A stretch of 60,780 nucleotides of DNA, filler included, from Sphacelaria rigidula (lineage: Eukaryota), in the NCBI GenBank assembly GCA_964200075.2. It is 6 parts of 6 records of this genome, joined end to end, with 100 filler letters (N's around TTAATTAATTAA, not from the genome) between each part and the next. Parts side by side here need not be neighbours in the genome. Positions count along the whole stretch, not along the records: positions 20,296 to 30,342 come from CAXNAA020007255.1; positions 30,443 to 40,488 come from CAXNAA020007256.1; 4 more parts are not named here. One strand, given 5' to 3'. This document shows, piece after piece, positions 23,559 to 34,945 of the stretch. The notes under the pieces are model-generated. The model saw only the letters and a list, made by a program, of their open reading frames with translations. It was not told the DNA's origin and ran no database searches. The position numbers were made by a program, and so were the translations under genes. Within the stretch, counting starts at the first letter, position 1. Each line of letters starts with the position of its first letter.

Positions 23559-25337
23559 ATATGGAGTGTACAATCCGCTTGAAAAAGGGGCATCTCATCA
23601 CTTGCTTTCGGCTCAGCTGATGGGTTTGAAATTTGAAAACTCCATCATTATCACTATATAAAGTGTAGTATAATACGCTGATTCAATGTACGGTCTACAT
23701 ACAGTACCCGTACCGTAAAACTACATAGTCGCGTATGATATGCGGCGTAATCAGGGCGTAACCGCATCTCATGTTCATTTGAGTACTTTCGCACGGGAAA
23801 CCACCATTTTTCAGCACAACTTGGATTGTGGATTTCTCGCCTGTGACGGCGTGTTCCATCATCGAACTTTGCACACTAGTTGGGCACATCACAGGCAGCA
23901 TCCGCGCAAAGCATCCGCGCGATTGGGCCCGGGAACATCGTACAACATGGTCCCAACCGATTGTGGAGAATGCCGTCTGTGCGCTCTCAAATCGGCCAAA
24001 GCTGCCCAAACTTTGCGCACTATAGGTGAATGCATATGTGCACGCACAGATGCACAAAGTTGGACACTTAGTGCGGCTGGGCGGCCGATGTGGCAGAAAA
24101 CTGACGCCGGTCTGTACTGCGACCTTCTCTGGATCATGACCATCTGTAGTGTACCGATCGGCATACAGGCTGTAGAGCTGCGCAGTTCACGGCGTACGGC
24201 CCTGCGCGCGATGTAGCTGTCGCGAGGCGCTGAAATTTGCACATATGCTGTGCGAACCACAGTCAACAGTTCCACGTCGCTATATCTGGTACTGTGCGCT
24301 GCAGGAGTGCGCACTACAGGAAAGAGTGGTCAACTCCTGTTCCGAGAAATTGTTTTTTTTCTTTTGGCTCAACACTGATTCCTCATAGGCAAAACATGTT
24401 TCCTTTACACCGGAAATCGAGTTCGAGTCCTTGCTCGAGATTTCCCCCCCTGAAGCGTTTCTATCTTCTGAACACAGCTTCCCGACACTGCAAGTCGTGT
24501 TTGTTTCTTGTCATGCGGCGGTGTTCTGTTTTACAATGCTTCGAACCAAATTACAAATAAAAATGTACCGCCGACGCTCAAACTCGGGTCTACGTTTCTT
24601 ACGGTGCACTCGATACCATTCCTCACACTCTTCATTTTTTACAATCACACGTACAGTACAGTACTGTAGCAACGGCTTATTCTCGCTCACCTACTCTTCA
24701 CCGTGTTCCCGCCAACCCTCCTGCCAAAACCAGCGCCGAACCTCTCATGCTTCTCGAACAATCATTTTACATAGTGAAACACGAAGGCTTGCCTGTTAAA
24801 AACGCGTCAGCCGTGACCCGCTAAAAAGGGACCGCTGCCGGCCGAAGGCCGGCGAGGGACCTTGCATACATATATGGTATATATATAGAGAGTATTTCGA
24901 ACTCACGAGCGTGAAGCATACTTTGTGACGAGGCGTCCGCGAGATTCAATGCTGATTTTAGTGAGCAAGTTTCTCCGCACCCGCCCCGGGAGATCACTGT
25001 TCGGGCCAATGCTAATGCTAGGCGTCCGGTTTGCGGATTCGTACTTTACTTTGTGCAGGGGTACACATGCCTTCGCGACCGTTCGAACGGACGCGCGATC
25101 GCGGTGGTCCTGCAATATTCCCGGCGGGTATGGATATTAATTCAAGAGAGGATCTATTCTCGTGAGGGCTCAACGAGGCAAGAATATCAAGACCCTCGAA
25201 AAAGACGGACGGGACCGGGGCGCAGCCCCGGGTCCCGTGCGGTTTGTATATATATATATATATATATACATATATGCATTCTTCCATTTCTGGCCAACCA
25301 ACAACCTCTCTTCCCGTTCCCCAGGGACACCTGATAC

Positions 25338-25592
25338 CTGTTCCTACAACTCGAAATGAGCGCCTTGCCCGTGAAGCTCGGAGTTTCAATCGAACTGACT
25401 CTCCATCTATCTGCCGATTCGTCGACAACCTCGGCACACAGATTTTGACTTTCCACTCCATCGAAAAAGTATTTCCCACCACGTAGCTCAGCATTCGCGG
25501 TAGTGACAGTCGTACGTACTCTCACCATGGACTTGTTGTAGATCTCCTCAGCTCCAAGGGCAACTATCGTGTAGGACTCCTTGAAATCATTC
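25338..25592 (-). CDS. Orphan internal exon of an unidentified gene
   Basis: tag|G acceptor, AG|gtatca donor, 255 bp open, phase 2 at both ends; protein-like NDFKESYTIVALG...GGKYFFDGVESQNLCAEVV...TGKALISSCRN. Confidence 0.5.
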
Positions 25593-25868
25593 CTAGCCAA
25601 GCGGCGTTGCGGGGGATAAACAGAGATGCGTTTCGGGATGTTGGTATATCTCTGTGCGCGTAACGATGACACCGCACTGCCGTTTCTCTTCGCGTCTCCT
25701 CAGGCTTCCGAAACACACATAACCTCACACTTTGGTGGCTCTCCAAGATCAACTTCGGGCGACCCGCGCTTGACATACACGGTAAAAAACGCACTGACAT
25801 TCATTCACCCGACACCGATACACCACGCAAGGTCGAGAAGCGTACACACTACCTTTGTTCTGCTTTCG

Positions 25869-26297
25869 ACACGGGATTTTACATGTTGGGGGATGGATTT
25901 AATTGGGGATGACAACCCGGAAAATAAAAATCTTCATATCCACACCAAATCTTCGAAGTATGCTTCCATTTGTTTCACTTGCTGGTTGCTGTTGACAACT
26001 ACAACACGCCATACAAATTTGGACTTCGATAACCAAACTGTCGGGATTCCAGGTGAAAAACCACACTCCGCGTCCGATCGGATCACCTGAATCCTCCCAA
26101 ATTGGTTTTTCACCTAGGACCCCGACATTTTGGTTATCGAAATCCAAATTTGTATGGCATGTAACAGCTGTCAATAGCTGCCAGCAAGTGGAGAAATGGA
26201 ACTATATATCGAAGATTTGGTGCGGATACGAAGCTTTTAATTCTCCGGGTTCTTCTCCCCCCCAAAAGATACATCCCCAATTTGTAAGATCCCGTGT
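25869..26297. mobile_element. Foldback MITE family F copy
   Basis: ACACGGGATTTTACA...TGTAAGATCCCGTGT with the same internal arms. Confidence 0.85.
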
Positions 26298-26924
26298 TTT
26301 TCTATCCATCTATCCAGCACGGTGATCGGTGAGTCGAATCCCGCCGGCGGTTATACCGGAAAAAGGGAGGTAGATTCACGCGCACAAGCACACGCGCGTT
26401 GATCATTCATATCCTGTCGTCGGCATTGCGTCGTGAAAATAGAAACATTCACGGTGCCCGTGCGAGCAGTGAAGGGAATGAGTGTGATGAAGAAAACCCA
26501 GCAGTGACGACGCACGCTAAAACTTGCGAATGGTGATGATGGGGACGAAGTTAATTATGCGACCACCACTTTGAGTTTGTTCGGCTGGACTGGCGTAATC
26601 ACACACGTTAAATAACGCCAAGTGATGCAGAATACTTCAGTGATATGGTCCCCCCCCCCCCATGCTCCCCCCCGAAACGGGTCCGTGGCCAATGCTCAAC
26701 CGACCAATGCACCCCACCAACGAGTACCACCTCCTCATCAACCCCNNNNNNNNNNGGGAGGGCGGGGGGGACAAAAACAAAATAAGGAAGGAAAGTGAAA
26801 AAAGCACACCCCCCCCCCCCCCCCCCCCCCCCCCCTCCCTTCCCCGCGCGCGCTTTTTTTATCTTTCCACACACCTGGGTCGGCGTCGAGTGGCAACTAC
26901 GCTGCAAGAATAAGCCGAAAGAAC

Positions 26925-27470
26925 CTAGACATGAAAGGTGCCTGTCACAATACATATACCAGAGACCGATACTAGACAACAAACGATGCCCCAGACCGAA
27001 CCACACACTAGACATGGAGCTACTGATAAACATCAATTTGGTGTTCCCCATATCACAACACAGCCCGGATGCAGACATGAAATAACGAAGCTGACCATTT
27101 TGCCCTGGATTTACCAGCAGATCACAGCAGATCACCGATCGGATGGACGACATCACGAAAATATCAATTTCCTTTCCTGTATTTACCAGAACGCGGACCG
27201 GATGCAGACACGACATAAAGGATATAACCATTTACAATGAATTCATCAGAACACAGACATGACATAAATAACCTAACAATTTACAATGAATCCATCAGAA
27301 CACAGACCGCATGTAGACATGAAACAAAGAAGCCAACAATCTCCTCTTTGCGTTAACCCGAGCACAGTCCGGATACAGACATGACCAGAAAGAACTAATC
27401 ATCCTTTCATTGCGCCAACCAGAACACAGACGGGATATAGAAACGAAACACAATACTTGACCATTCTTAT
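26925..27470 (+). repeat. Degenerate minisatellite, ~45-65 bp units
   Basis: Recurrent CAGAACACAGAC(C)GGATGCAGACATGA core. Confidence 0.6.
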
Positions 27471-27539
27471 TATTTCCGTGTCAAAGGAAAAAAAGCCAGT
27501 CGAGATTCTTTCCCCCATATCGCAACAAGGATGGGACAT

Positions 27540-28480
27540 GAAATGAAGACCAAACTCCAGACATGCGAGTAATAGCTTGAAGGTTGATCACCTTCCATGA
27601 AAAATCGAAAACGTAGAAAATATATAACTAGTACCGACAAAATAGGGTCCCCCGGCACGATAAATTCACGTGAAGGTTGGATCTCTTGTTCAGGTACCCG
27701 AATAACTACGGATTTCCATTGGGCGGTGGTGATCTGAGGAGGCATTACCCCAAATCCCCGATATTGGGCGCACAGGTGCCAAATAACCAGAAAGGGTGGA
27801 TGATGCGCGACGAAAATGTTGAGACCTACTGCCCTCATGACACAAAAACCTTGCGAACATCTGACCACATGACCAAAAAAACGAAGACTAAGCGGTACTC
27901 TCCGATATCTTGAGATCTTGAAAGGATAGCAGCCGGTACAAAACGCGGAGGGATCGTTGGCCAAGCTTTCGGTATCGAACTTCTACTCGGGAGCATCAGA
28001 GCGGTGTAGCCACCCGGGTTGAAACGTACAGAGGATACGAGGAATTGATCTACGGGACATCCCGATGTGTGCGTAAGACTTTGTAAGCCGTCCCTGAACC
28101 TCGTACGGTGAAAATGAACCTTGCACGGTGAACATCACTATTCTGGAAGAAAGTCGCGAGTTGAGCAGTGGGGCAAGAAGATTAAAGATACCATCGTGGG
28201 ACGCCTGAATGGTTGCCATGCAGATCGCCTGGCACAAGCGCGGGGTACTCATGTCAAGGGTGTTGTAACTCGGTGTCAGGCAAAAAGCCCGTATGGGAGA
28301 CATGATATAGTGTCGGCGAGCCAGCACAGGATTGAAATAAATCAGAACCCCAAGACGTCGTAGGATTGGGATATCTCAGTACCTTGATTACATCCTACCG
28401 CAAAACTCAAAAAAACGAACAAGGAATACCTGTGTGGCATAAAATAAGCGCTCAAAGACACAAAATAAAAATACCAAAAG
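27540..28480 (+). mobile_element. Highly degenerate non-LTR (LINE) reverse transcriptase region
   Basis: Broken frames with residual K..GP, RP..LM and Q.G patterns of the LINE RT N-terminal part; many stops. Confidence 0.35.
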
Positions 28481-29019
28481 AGGGGTGAACCGAATATTTT
28501 TTCTTGAAGAAAATCTTTTATGCCCCTAGGGTTGAGAAGAACACGGTGAAAGATATACAGAGGAAGTCCGGAGAGATAGCAGCACACGTACGGGGTAGAA
28601 AAGACGGGAGGAGTAACGTTTGCGGGAGATTTTCATGCCAGCAATGGAAACGCAAGCCAGCCAAAAGATAGCTTCGGGCAACACGAGGACGCAGAGAAAA
28701 CGAATGGAGTTGATGCCTTGAAGTTCGTTGAGGATAGCGAGATGAAGACGTCGAACGATAGAGGTTCCCCATAAAATTTTTGTTTCACGTTGGACCCGAA
28801 ACTTTCTGTTATCGGAATCCGAATTTGTATGGCATGTAGTATTTGTCGATAGCTACAAGTAGGTGAAATAATGCAACCCTGTTTCAAAGAAATGTTGTGG
28901 ATACGAAGTCTTGAATTTTGTGGTTCATCATCGTAAGTGCAAGGCTCTATCCATCCTCAATTTCGATGATTAATTGTTCAATGGAAAATACGGCGAACAT
29001 CAAAAATGCGCGTTAGTTT

Positions 29020-30245
29020 CATGTAACGACGAGAAGGAGAAGCCGGCGGAGTTCAAATGGAAGCGGGGAGAAGAGGAAATACCGATCGTACATCAGTATG
29101 CAAACCTTTCCGTACATATATGAAAGAAACTGTTCTTGGGGTGCACACACAGATAATGTAATCGGAAAGGGTAAGGCACAGGCAGGCAAGATGGACGCGA
29201 TTCTAAGATACTCGAATCTCAACAATAGGATTAGGAGATGAACTCTAATGGATGCGATTGCACCAAAGCTCAGATATACAGGAGAAATGAGCACGGAGGG
29301 GAACTCGGCGTTCGTGAAGCAGCTGGAAACAGTACAGATGGCAGAAGCTAACGATATACCTGAGCGCTCAAAAACGACGGATAATACACCATTGAGAGCA
29401 AAATGGGGATGTACACACCAAAAGTGAATGGAAACATGAGATGGTTGAGATGGTAATATAGCGCTAAGAACATGCAGAAGAAGAGACTGCCAGCCATACT
29501 TGATAGGGCTGCGTGGAAGAAAAAAATAAACGAGAAGGTTAGAGGAAAGATGGAATAGTGTAGTCGAGGAACTATGGAAGGAGATGGAAGAGAACCAAGA
29601 CGCGACACTTCCATAGGTGACTGTGGAGGGTACAAGACAAAAATAAATGGACACAAATGGAAATAAGAGGGAATAGCGCTGAGAAAGAAAGTGGAAGAGT
29701 ATGAGCACCTCACGGTACACGAGGGAGGGATGAGAGGAGGCACAGGGGTGAAAATGGCACGGCCCAATGAACTACGCGAAAAATATGAAACTGCATTTCC
29801 GGGTGGGGGACCTCGACCTGCCGGATATAAGAAACATGTATACCAGTACTTCAGTGGAGGAGGAAGATTGGCCCCTGTGGCAAAGTAATAGGGAGTAGAG
29901 CTCATAAAGGTTGAGTATGTTACCTGTACAGGGAGGACCGGGACGTTTCAGACGGGGAAATGTGGGAACTAAACCAAGGTGACACGAACTCGTTTGGTAC
30001 ATTTATCAATAAATAGCAGCGACAAACGATCGCTATACCAGAAGATAGATGGCCACAGACGGCGAAACAGGACGAGGATAAGATATGTTAAAAGGGTTTT
30101 GTGCAATGTATGGAAGAAACGTGAGGAGCGCAAAAATGTTGGATGTGTCTCGACTACGAGTAGGAACGGCGCTCCGTGTCTCCAAAGAGATGCGTGGTCA
30201 ACGTTGACCAAACGACCGCTATAAGGCAATCAACAAATGAGTACC
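29020..30245 (+). mobile_element. Degenerate LINE 3' region (RT C-terminus to 3' end)
   Basis: VIGKGKAQAGKMDAIL...PKLRYTGE..EGNSAFVKQLETVQM, RVGDLDL-like, CNVWKKR.ER.NVG.VS..SRNGAP; homologous to 48120-48667. Confidence 0.8.
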
Positions 30246-30342
30246 CGTCCCCTCTCCTCCCTTCCCCCCCCCCCCAAAACAAAAGCTAACACACGCCCGG
30301 CCGTGCACCCCAACGCCCACCCCCCCCCCCCCCCCCCCACCC

Positions 30343-30442
30343 NNNNNNNNNNNNNNNNNNNNNNNNNNNNNNNNNNNNNNNNNNNNTTAATTAATTAANN
30401 NNNNNNNNNNNNNNNNNNNNNNNNNNNNNNNNNNNNNNNNNN
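30343..30442. other. Artificial contig linker
   Basis: N44-TTAATTAATTAA-N44. Confidence 0.98.
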
Positions 30443-30460
30443 AACCGTTCCGAGATCGTG

Positions 30461-30698
30461 ACCCCCGATTTTTTCGGCCCCGATGTGGCCCAAGTCGGTG
30501 TCCATAAAATGCGTTCCCCGATTTTTTTCCCCCCGATTTTGAAAAAATCAAGATTCGTGCTTGCCATAAAAGTGGGTCTTAGACCAACTTTAATGGCAGT
30601 CAAGAATCTTGATTTTTTCGAGCATCGGGGGAAAAAAATCGGGGAACGCATTTTATGGACACGGATTTGGACCGAGTCGGAGGCGAAAAAATCGGGGG
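30461..30698. repeat. ~240 bp palindrome (foldback)
   Basis: GTGTCCATAAAATGCGTTCCCCGATTTTTTT / AAAAAAATCGGGGAACGCATTTTATGGACAC with almost no loop. Confidence 0.85.
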
Positions 30699-31619
30699 AA
30701 GCCGTTCCGAGAGCGTGACTGCCCCCGAATTTTTTTAGGTGACGTACGTGCATTGACGTACGATGGTAGGGCACGAGGCATTTGATATTTTGGCAACGTC
30801 AACAAAAGACAGTCTCGTGACAGCGCAGCGCGTGCCTGCCCACGCCAGCTGCTGAAGCAGCTTCGCACGGGGTTTGACAAGTGGATAATAAGTGCTGACG
30901 CCATACCCTGCGGCGATGGTGAAATTTTACGCTCTACTCGCGCACTGTTGGTTCACTGTTCTCGCAATACGGACTATACCATCATGTACTACCATACGGC
31001 ATCATCATGTACTGTACTGATGAAGTGTCCTGTACTGTATTACCCTAGGGTACCAAGGCACGACATTGTACTCAAAGGATAAGTCACCACCTGCTGCTCT
31101 TCGGTTTCATGCACGAGTATACAGTACCACACTCATGCAGAAAATTACCGTCTGTGTAAAGGACTGTGTCACAATTCTGCGATACTGTCTGTACCATAAA
31201 ACAGTCCCCCCCCCCGACTTGGGGTTCGCGAATTTAATTCCCGACAATTTTTTCAAGATATGGGTCTGAAAAAAATCGAGATTCGTCACCAGAAAAGTTG
31301 GTCTTACAGTAGTGGGCGGCCGAACTATTTTGGGGTGTTGTGGGGTTTTCCTCGCGTACCACTCTTCGATGGAAGTCGAAATTGCTAGCGTCGGTAGATT
31401 TCGGTACAACACAACAGATCATACTCGACACACAGTGCCCAAGCCAGTGTATTTTGGTGTTATCGTGCCAAACGAGTACATACCCTCTTCATCAGGAAGG
31501 TGTTATTGACCGTGAAACAAAGTTTTTCGGCCCCAGTGCGATGAGTAGGCAGAATTTCAAAAAAATGAAACTGTACAATTCTTCACAAATATGATCAGGA
31601 CGGGCTGGATCAACCGAAA

Positions 31620-32640
31620 CTACAGAAGAGTAAGAATCTGGGCTGATACGTGGCAAGGACCCTCGATGATCGGTCAGCCCGTAAGTGACTCAGCATTGAG
31701 TACAGAAGATTTTTTCCTGTTGGAATGTTGAGCGGATACAAATATCTTTGGATCCCCGATGTGAGAAGCGGTGGAAAGCGAAAAAAGCCCAAGAAAATCG
31801 TCAAAATCACAAAATGCCACGAGATGAATAGTTAGACCGCCCACTACTGTAGAGCCAATCTTCGACTCATCTCGAGAGGAAATGAGGCCTCTTTAGCCTT
31901 ACTCTCCTCAGATATTTTTGGCCCTATTGGGTGGTCGTGAGTTTGGACAGTGCGAGTGAAGGAATCAGGGGAGAGGGGGGGGGGGGGCGCAAAAGGCCAC
32001 CGTGTTGATTGCAAGGGTAGGCAATCCATCAAATGGGCAGCTGAGAGGGGTGATCAAGGACAAAGATGACCCAACGTGGTGGTGGAGGGGAACGCTCTGC
32101 CGGCCCAATGTACGCATGATGTTCAGAAAATAGGTGATGGGAGTTTCTCTTTTGGTCCTCTTCGACCGCCGGGGGTGCCTCACCTGTTGAAACGACCATA
32201 ATTTTCACAACAAAATGCATATAACGGCTTGAATGAGAAAACCGCCTGCCAGTCCAAGGTTAGCCCCTTAAATCAGTAGTAGGGTTCAACAGTCCGCACT
32301 GAAGGGGGAGCAACCTTGTGATATTGTCGGTCAAAGAATGAGCCCTCCCCACACCGCGGGGAAAATTTTATATAATGATCAAGACATGACTACATCCATC
32401 GGGTATGGTGGACTTGAAGTGATTGCTCCGCGGTCAACTGAGCACCAAGACATGGAACACCCGAGTGCCTCAGTCATTCATCGAGCCAAGCGAGCATAAT
32501 GACAATTCAACAGAGTAACACCCCTGGACGCCTGAGTCTTGAGAACACATTTTCCAACTAGAAATGATCCCGATTCAAGGGATGAACCACCCCCGCGCTA
32601 AGAGGGTAGATTCCACAGTCTGAATGGGTCGAGGCCTATG
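31620..32640 (-). mobile_element. Possible very degenerate gypsy RT/RNase H remnant
   Basis: Only faint, frameshifted motif echoes on the minus strand. Confidence 0.25.
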
Positions 32641-33404
32641 AGATGTATTTGGGGCTCACGAATCCGTCAGCATGTTGGTTCAACTCTTGCAGCGGCAAGA
32701 TGTTTTCTGCCCAGACTTGAACAAAAAACAAAATGTGCGCGGCGGATTTGCCCAGCGGAGAAAATACAAGTTGTACTCCTAATTTGTGAGGAGAATCAAT
32801 GGCTAACACAAAAAACGGGTGGGCAAGTATGGTCCCACTGCACTTACGATTCCCATTGCGATACAATATAAGCGTTGACATCGGTTGGTATGTTCAGTGT
32901 TTGGTTGGGGTGGATGGGTTGTCGGTTATTTTGGGGGCTTTTAGCGGAGTGGATGTCAATATCGTTTCGAGGAGAGGTAAGCGCCGTCAACTGAGACCTG
33001 ACGAATGGGCGGGCAATGCGATGCGGTGCTTCACGCATGACAAAACAAGGGAGGCCCCCTAAAGCACTGCACTTGCAACCTTCGGGACTCTTCGAACGGG
33101 AGGGAAATGACGAAGAAATGCAAAATTGTCGTGTCACGATATGCCGCCGTACTGATTCCACCAAACGCGAGTAGCTTCGGCGAGCCAGAAGCACATGAAG
33201 AGGAAAACGCGTTCAGCACGTGTGCCAGCAGATACGAAATTAAAAAATTGCGTGCTAGTGAGAGTAACGACCACATAAACTGCGGCAACACGACACTGAT
33301 GCAAACATCTGGGTACGACAACAAGAAGAGTGTCGAGTAAAACGAATTCCCACAGACTTGGGTAACCTACGTACGGCCCTGCAGGATTCGGCGGAACGAT
33401 GCAA

Positions 33405-33510
33405 TAACTCCGTCGTGGTGATTGTAGATCATCTGCGGAGTCTGCATCAATTTCGCTTGAAAAACGTATGTGTGATCCAGATGGACTACCCGCACCGCGG
33501 TCGAAGCGTT
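33405..33510. mobile_element. piggyBac-type MITE family A copy (degenerate, reverse)
   Basis: GAGTCTGCATCAATTTCGCTTGAAAAACG...GATCCAGATGGACTACC..CCGCGGTCGAAG. Confidence 0.6.
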
Positions 33511-34734
33511 TCCCAGAACTTGATTTTGACGGGAATATTGTAGGAGACGTTGATTGCGGTGTGCTGGGAATGCGGGACACTGAGGTTGCGTTATACTAGA
33601 CACATTAATAGATCGAGAGCGAGCACTGTACAAACTTTTTCTGCGAGCACTCTCGTGTTTGATCCTGCGTCCCGTTCCCTGAAATGAAGGAATGAAAAAT
33701 ATTTAGATTTAGCCGCAGGGCCACGTCCAGCGCCCTCAGAATCGACAGATCAAGAAACCGAATCTCTCCGAATCTCGCAGCCATCATTCCACTGATGATC
33801 ATGGTGCCGACTGACTCAAAACATGGACACACCTCTGGGTGGCCTACGGATCAAATTTGTACCGAGTTCAAGTTACACCGCAAGGAGATGTCATCAACAA
33901 AAAGAAAACGCTCCCGGACCATGGATAATAACTCACCCTACCCGAGGGGCGCACGCGTCGCCGATTGACTCTGTATGGACCACGTTGTCATGTATTAAAA
34001 AAAATGGATGTGGTTGAGCAATTTACGTAGGTCACGAGGTGAGGACCAAGGAAAATACACCGAGTGCTTGTATTCGGAGAAATGGTGGCGAACAGAGATA
34101 ACATCTGCTCAAGACCTCTTCCTCTTGATGCGCGTGATGCATTTCAAATGTGCGTCTTTTGGGTTGAACCGAGCACATGGACAAAAAAATCGGATTCTAG
34201 ACGCATAAGGGGGACGAAAGGTTTCGGCTGCTCAGCTGTATCGTTGCGTCCTCGGACGACACGGTGGCGTTCTGCGTCTCGATTTTTTTTTCAACTAATT
34301 AAAGATGATGTACATCCAACAGGTTGCCTGCTCTGGTAGTCAATAAGGGGTTACATTATGTTGATAATATCGGCTGTGAAGGTTCATGCTAGTATCGTGT
34401 CCATAAGATGAGAAATCTGGCGCCTGGGCGGTGATCCATCACGTGCTTTGATTACCGTCGGGGAAGGACTGCAGTTATATGGATTGACGTAGACGAGTGC
34501 ACCAGCTGACACCGTGGGTAAATAGAGAGCTGTTTACCAAATGGTCGGAAACGATGGTTGGTGCTATACATGAGGTAGCGAACGCTAATGCCAACCCTAG
34601 CCCTAACTAACCCCGGCGGAAGCATCGGAAAGCACCCAGGCAAAGAGGATAAAAAAATGCTCCAGATGACGTGCGTTTTTGGAAGACCTCATAATCAGCG
34701 CCTGCGGCGCCGTCTCAGAGGGAAGCTGTGTGTG

Positions 34735-34945
34735 TATTATTCCTGTGTGTGTGTGTGTGTGTTGTCGTCCCTTCTATTCTGGGCACTGATCTACACCTTT
34801 CGGTACATATAGCCGCACCAGCCGGGGGCACACAGGAGGAAGGTCAACACAGGAGCTTTTTCTGTTCATGTTTGTTTTTTGTACCCCACCTTCTTTCTGC
34901 GGTGCTTGCCTTCGCTTTTTTTATCGCGAGAGGGGTTCAGCAGTC
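34735..34945 (-). mobile_element. 5'-truncated SINE copy (3' half)
   Basis: CAGCCGGGGGCACACAGGAGGAAGGTCAACACAGGAG and TATCGCGAGAGGGGTTCAGC blocks shared with 45261, 51830 and 58235; (GT)n tail. Confidence 0.7.

Noticed and set aside
26925-27470. CRISPR-like repeat-spacer pattern
   Set aside because: Repeats are degenerate and the spacers resemble each other; it is a minisatellite.
29019-29905. Hydrophobic minus-strand ORFs (233 and 185 aa)
   Set aside because: Antisense of a purine-rich LINE remnant.
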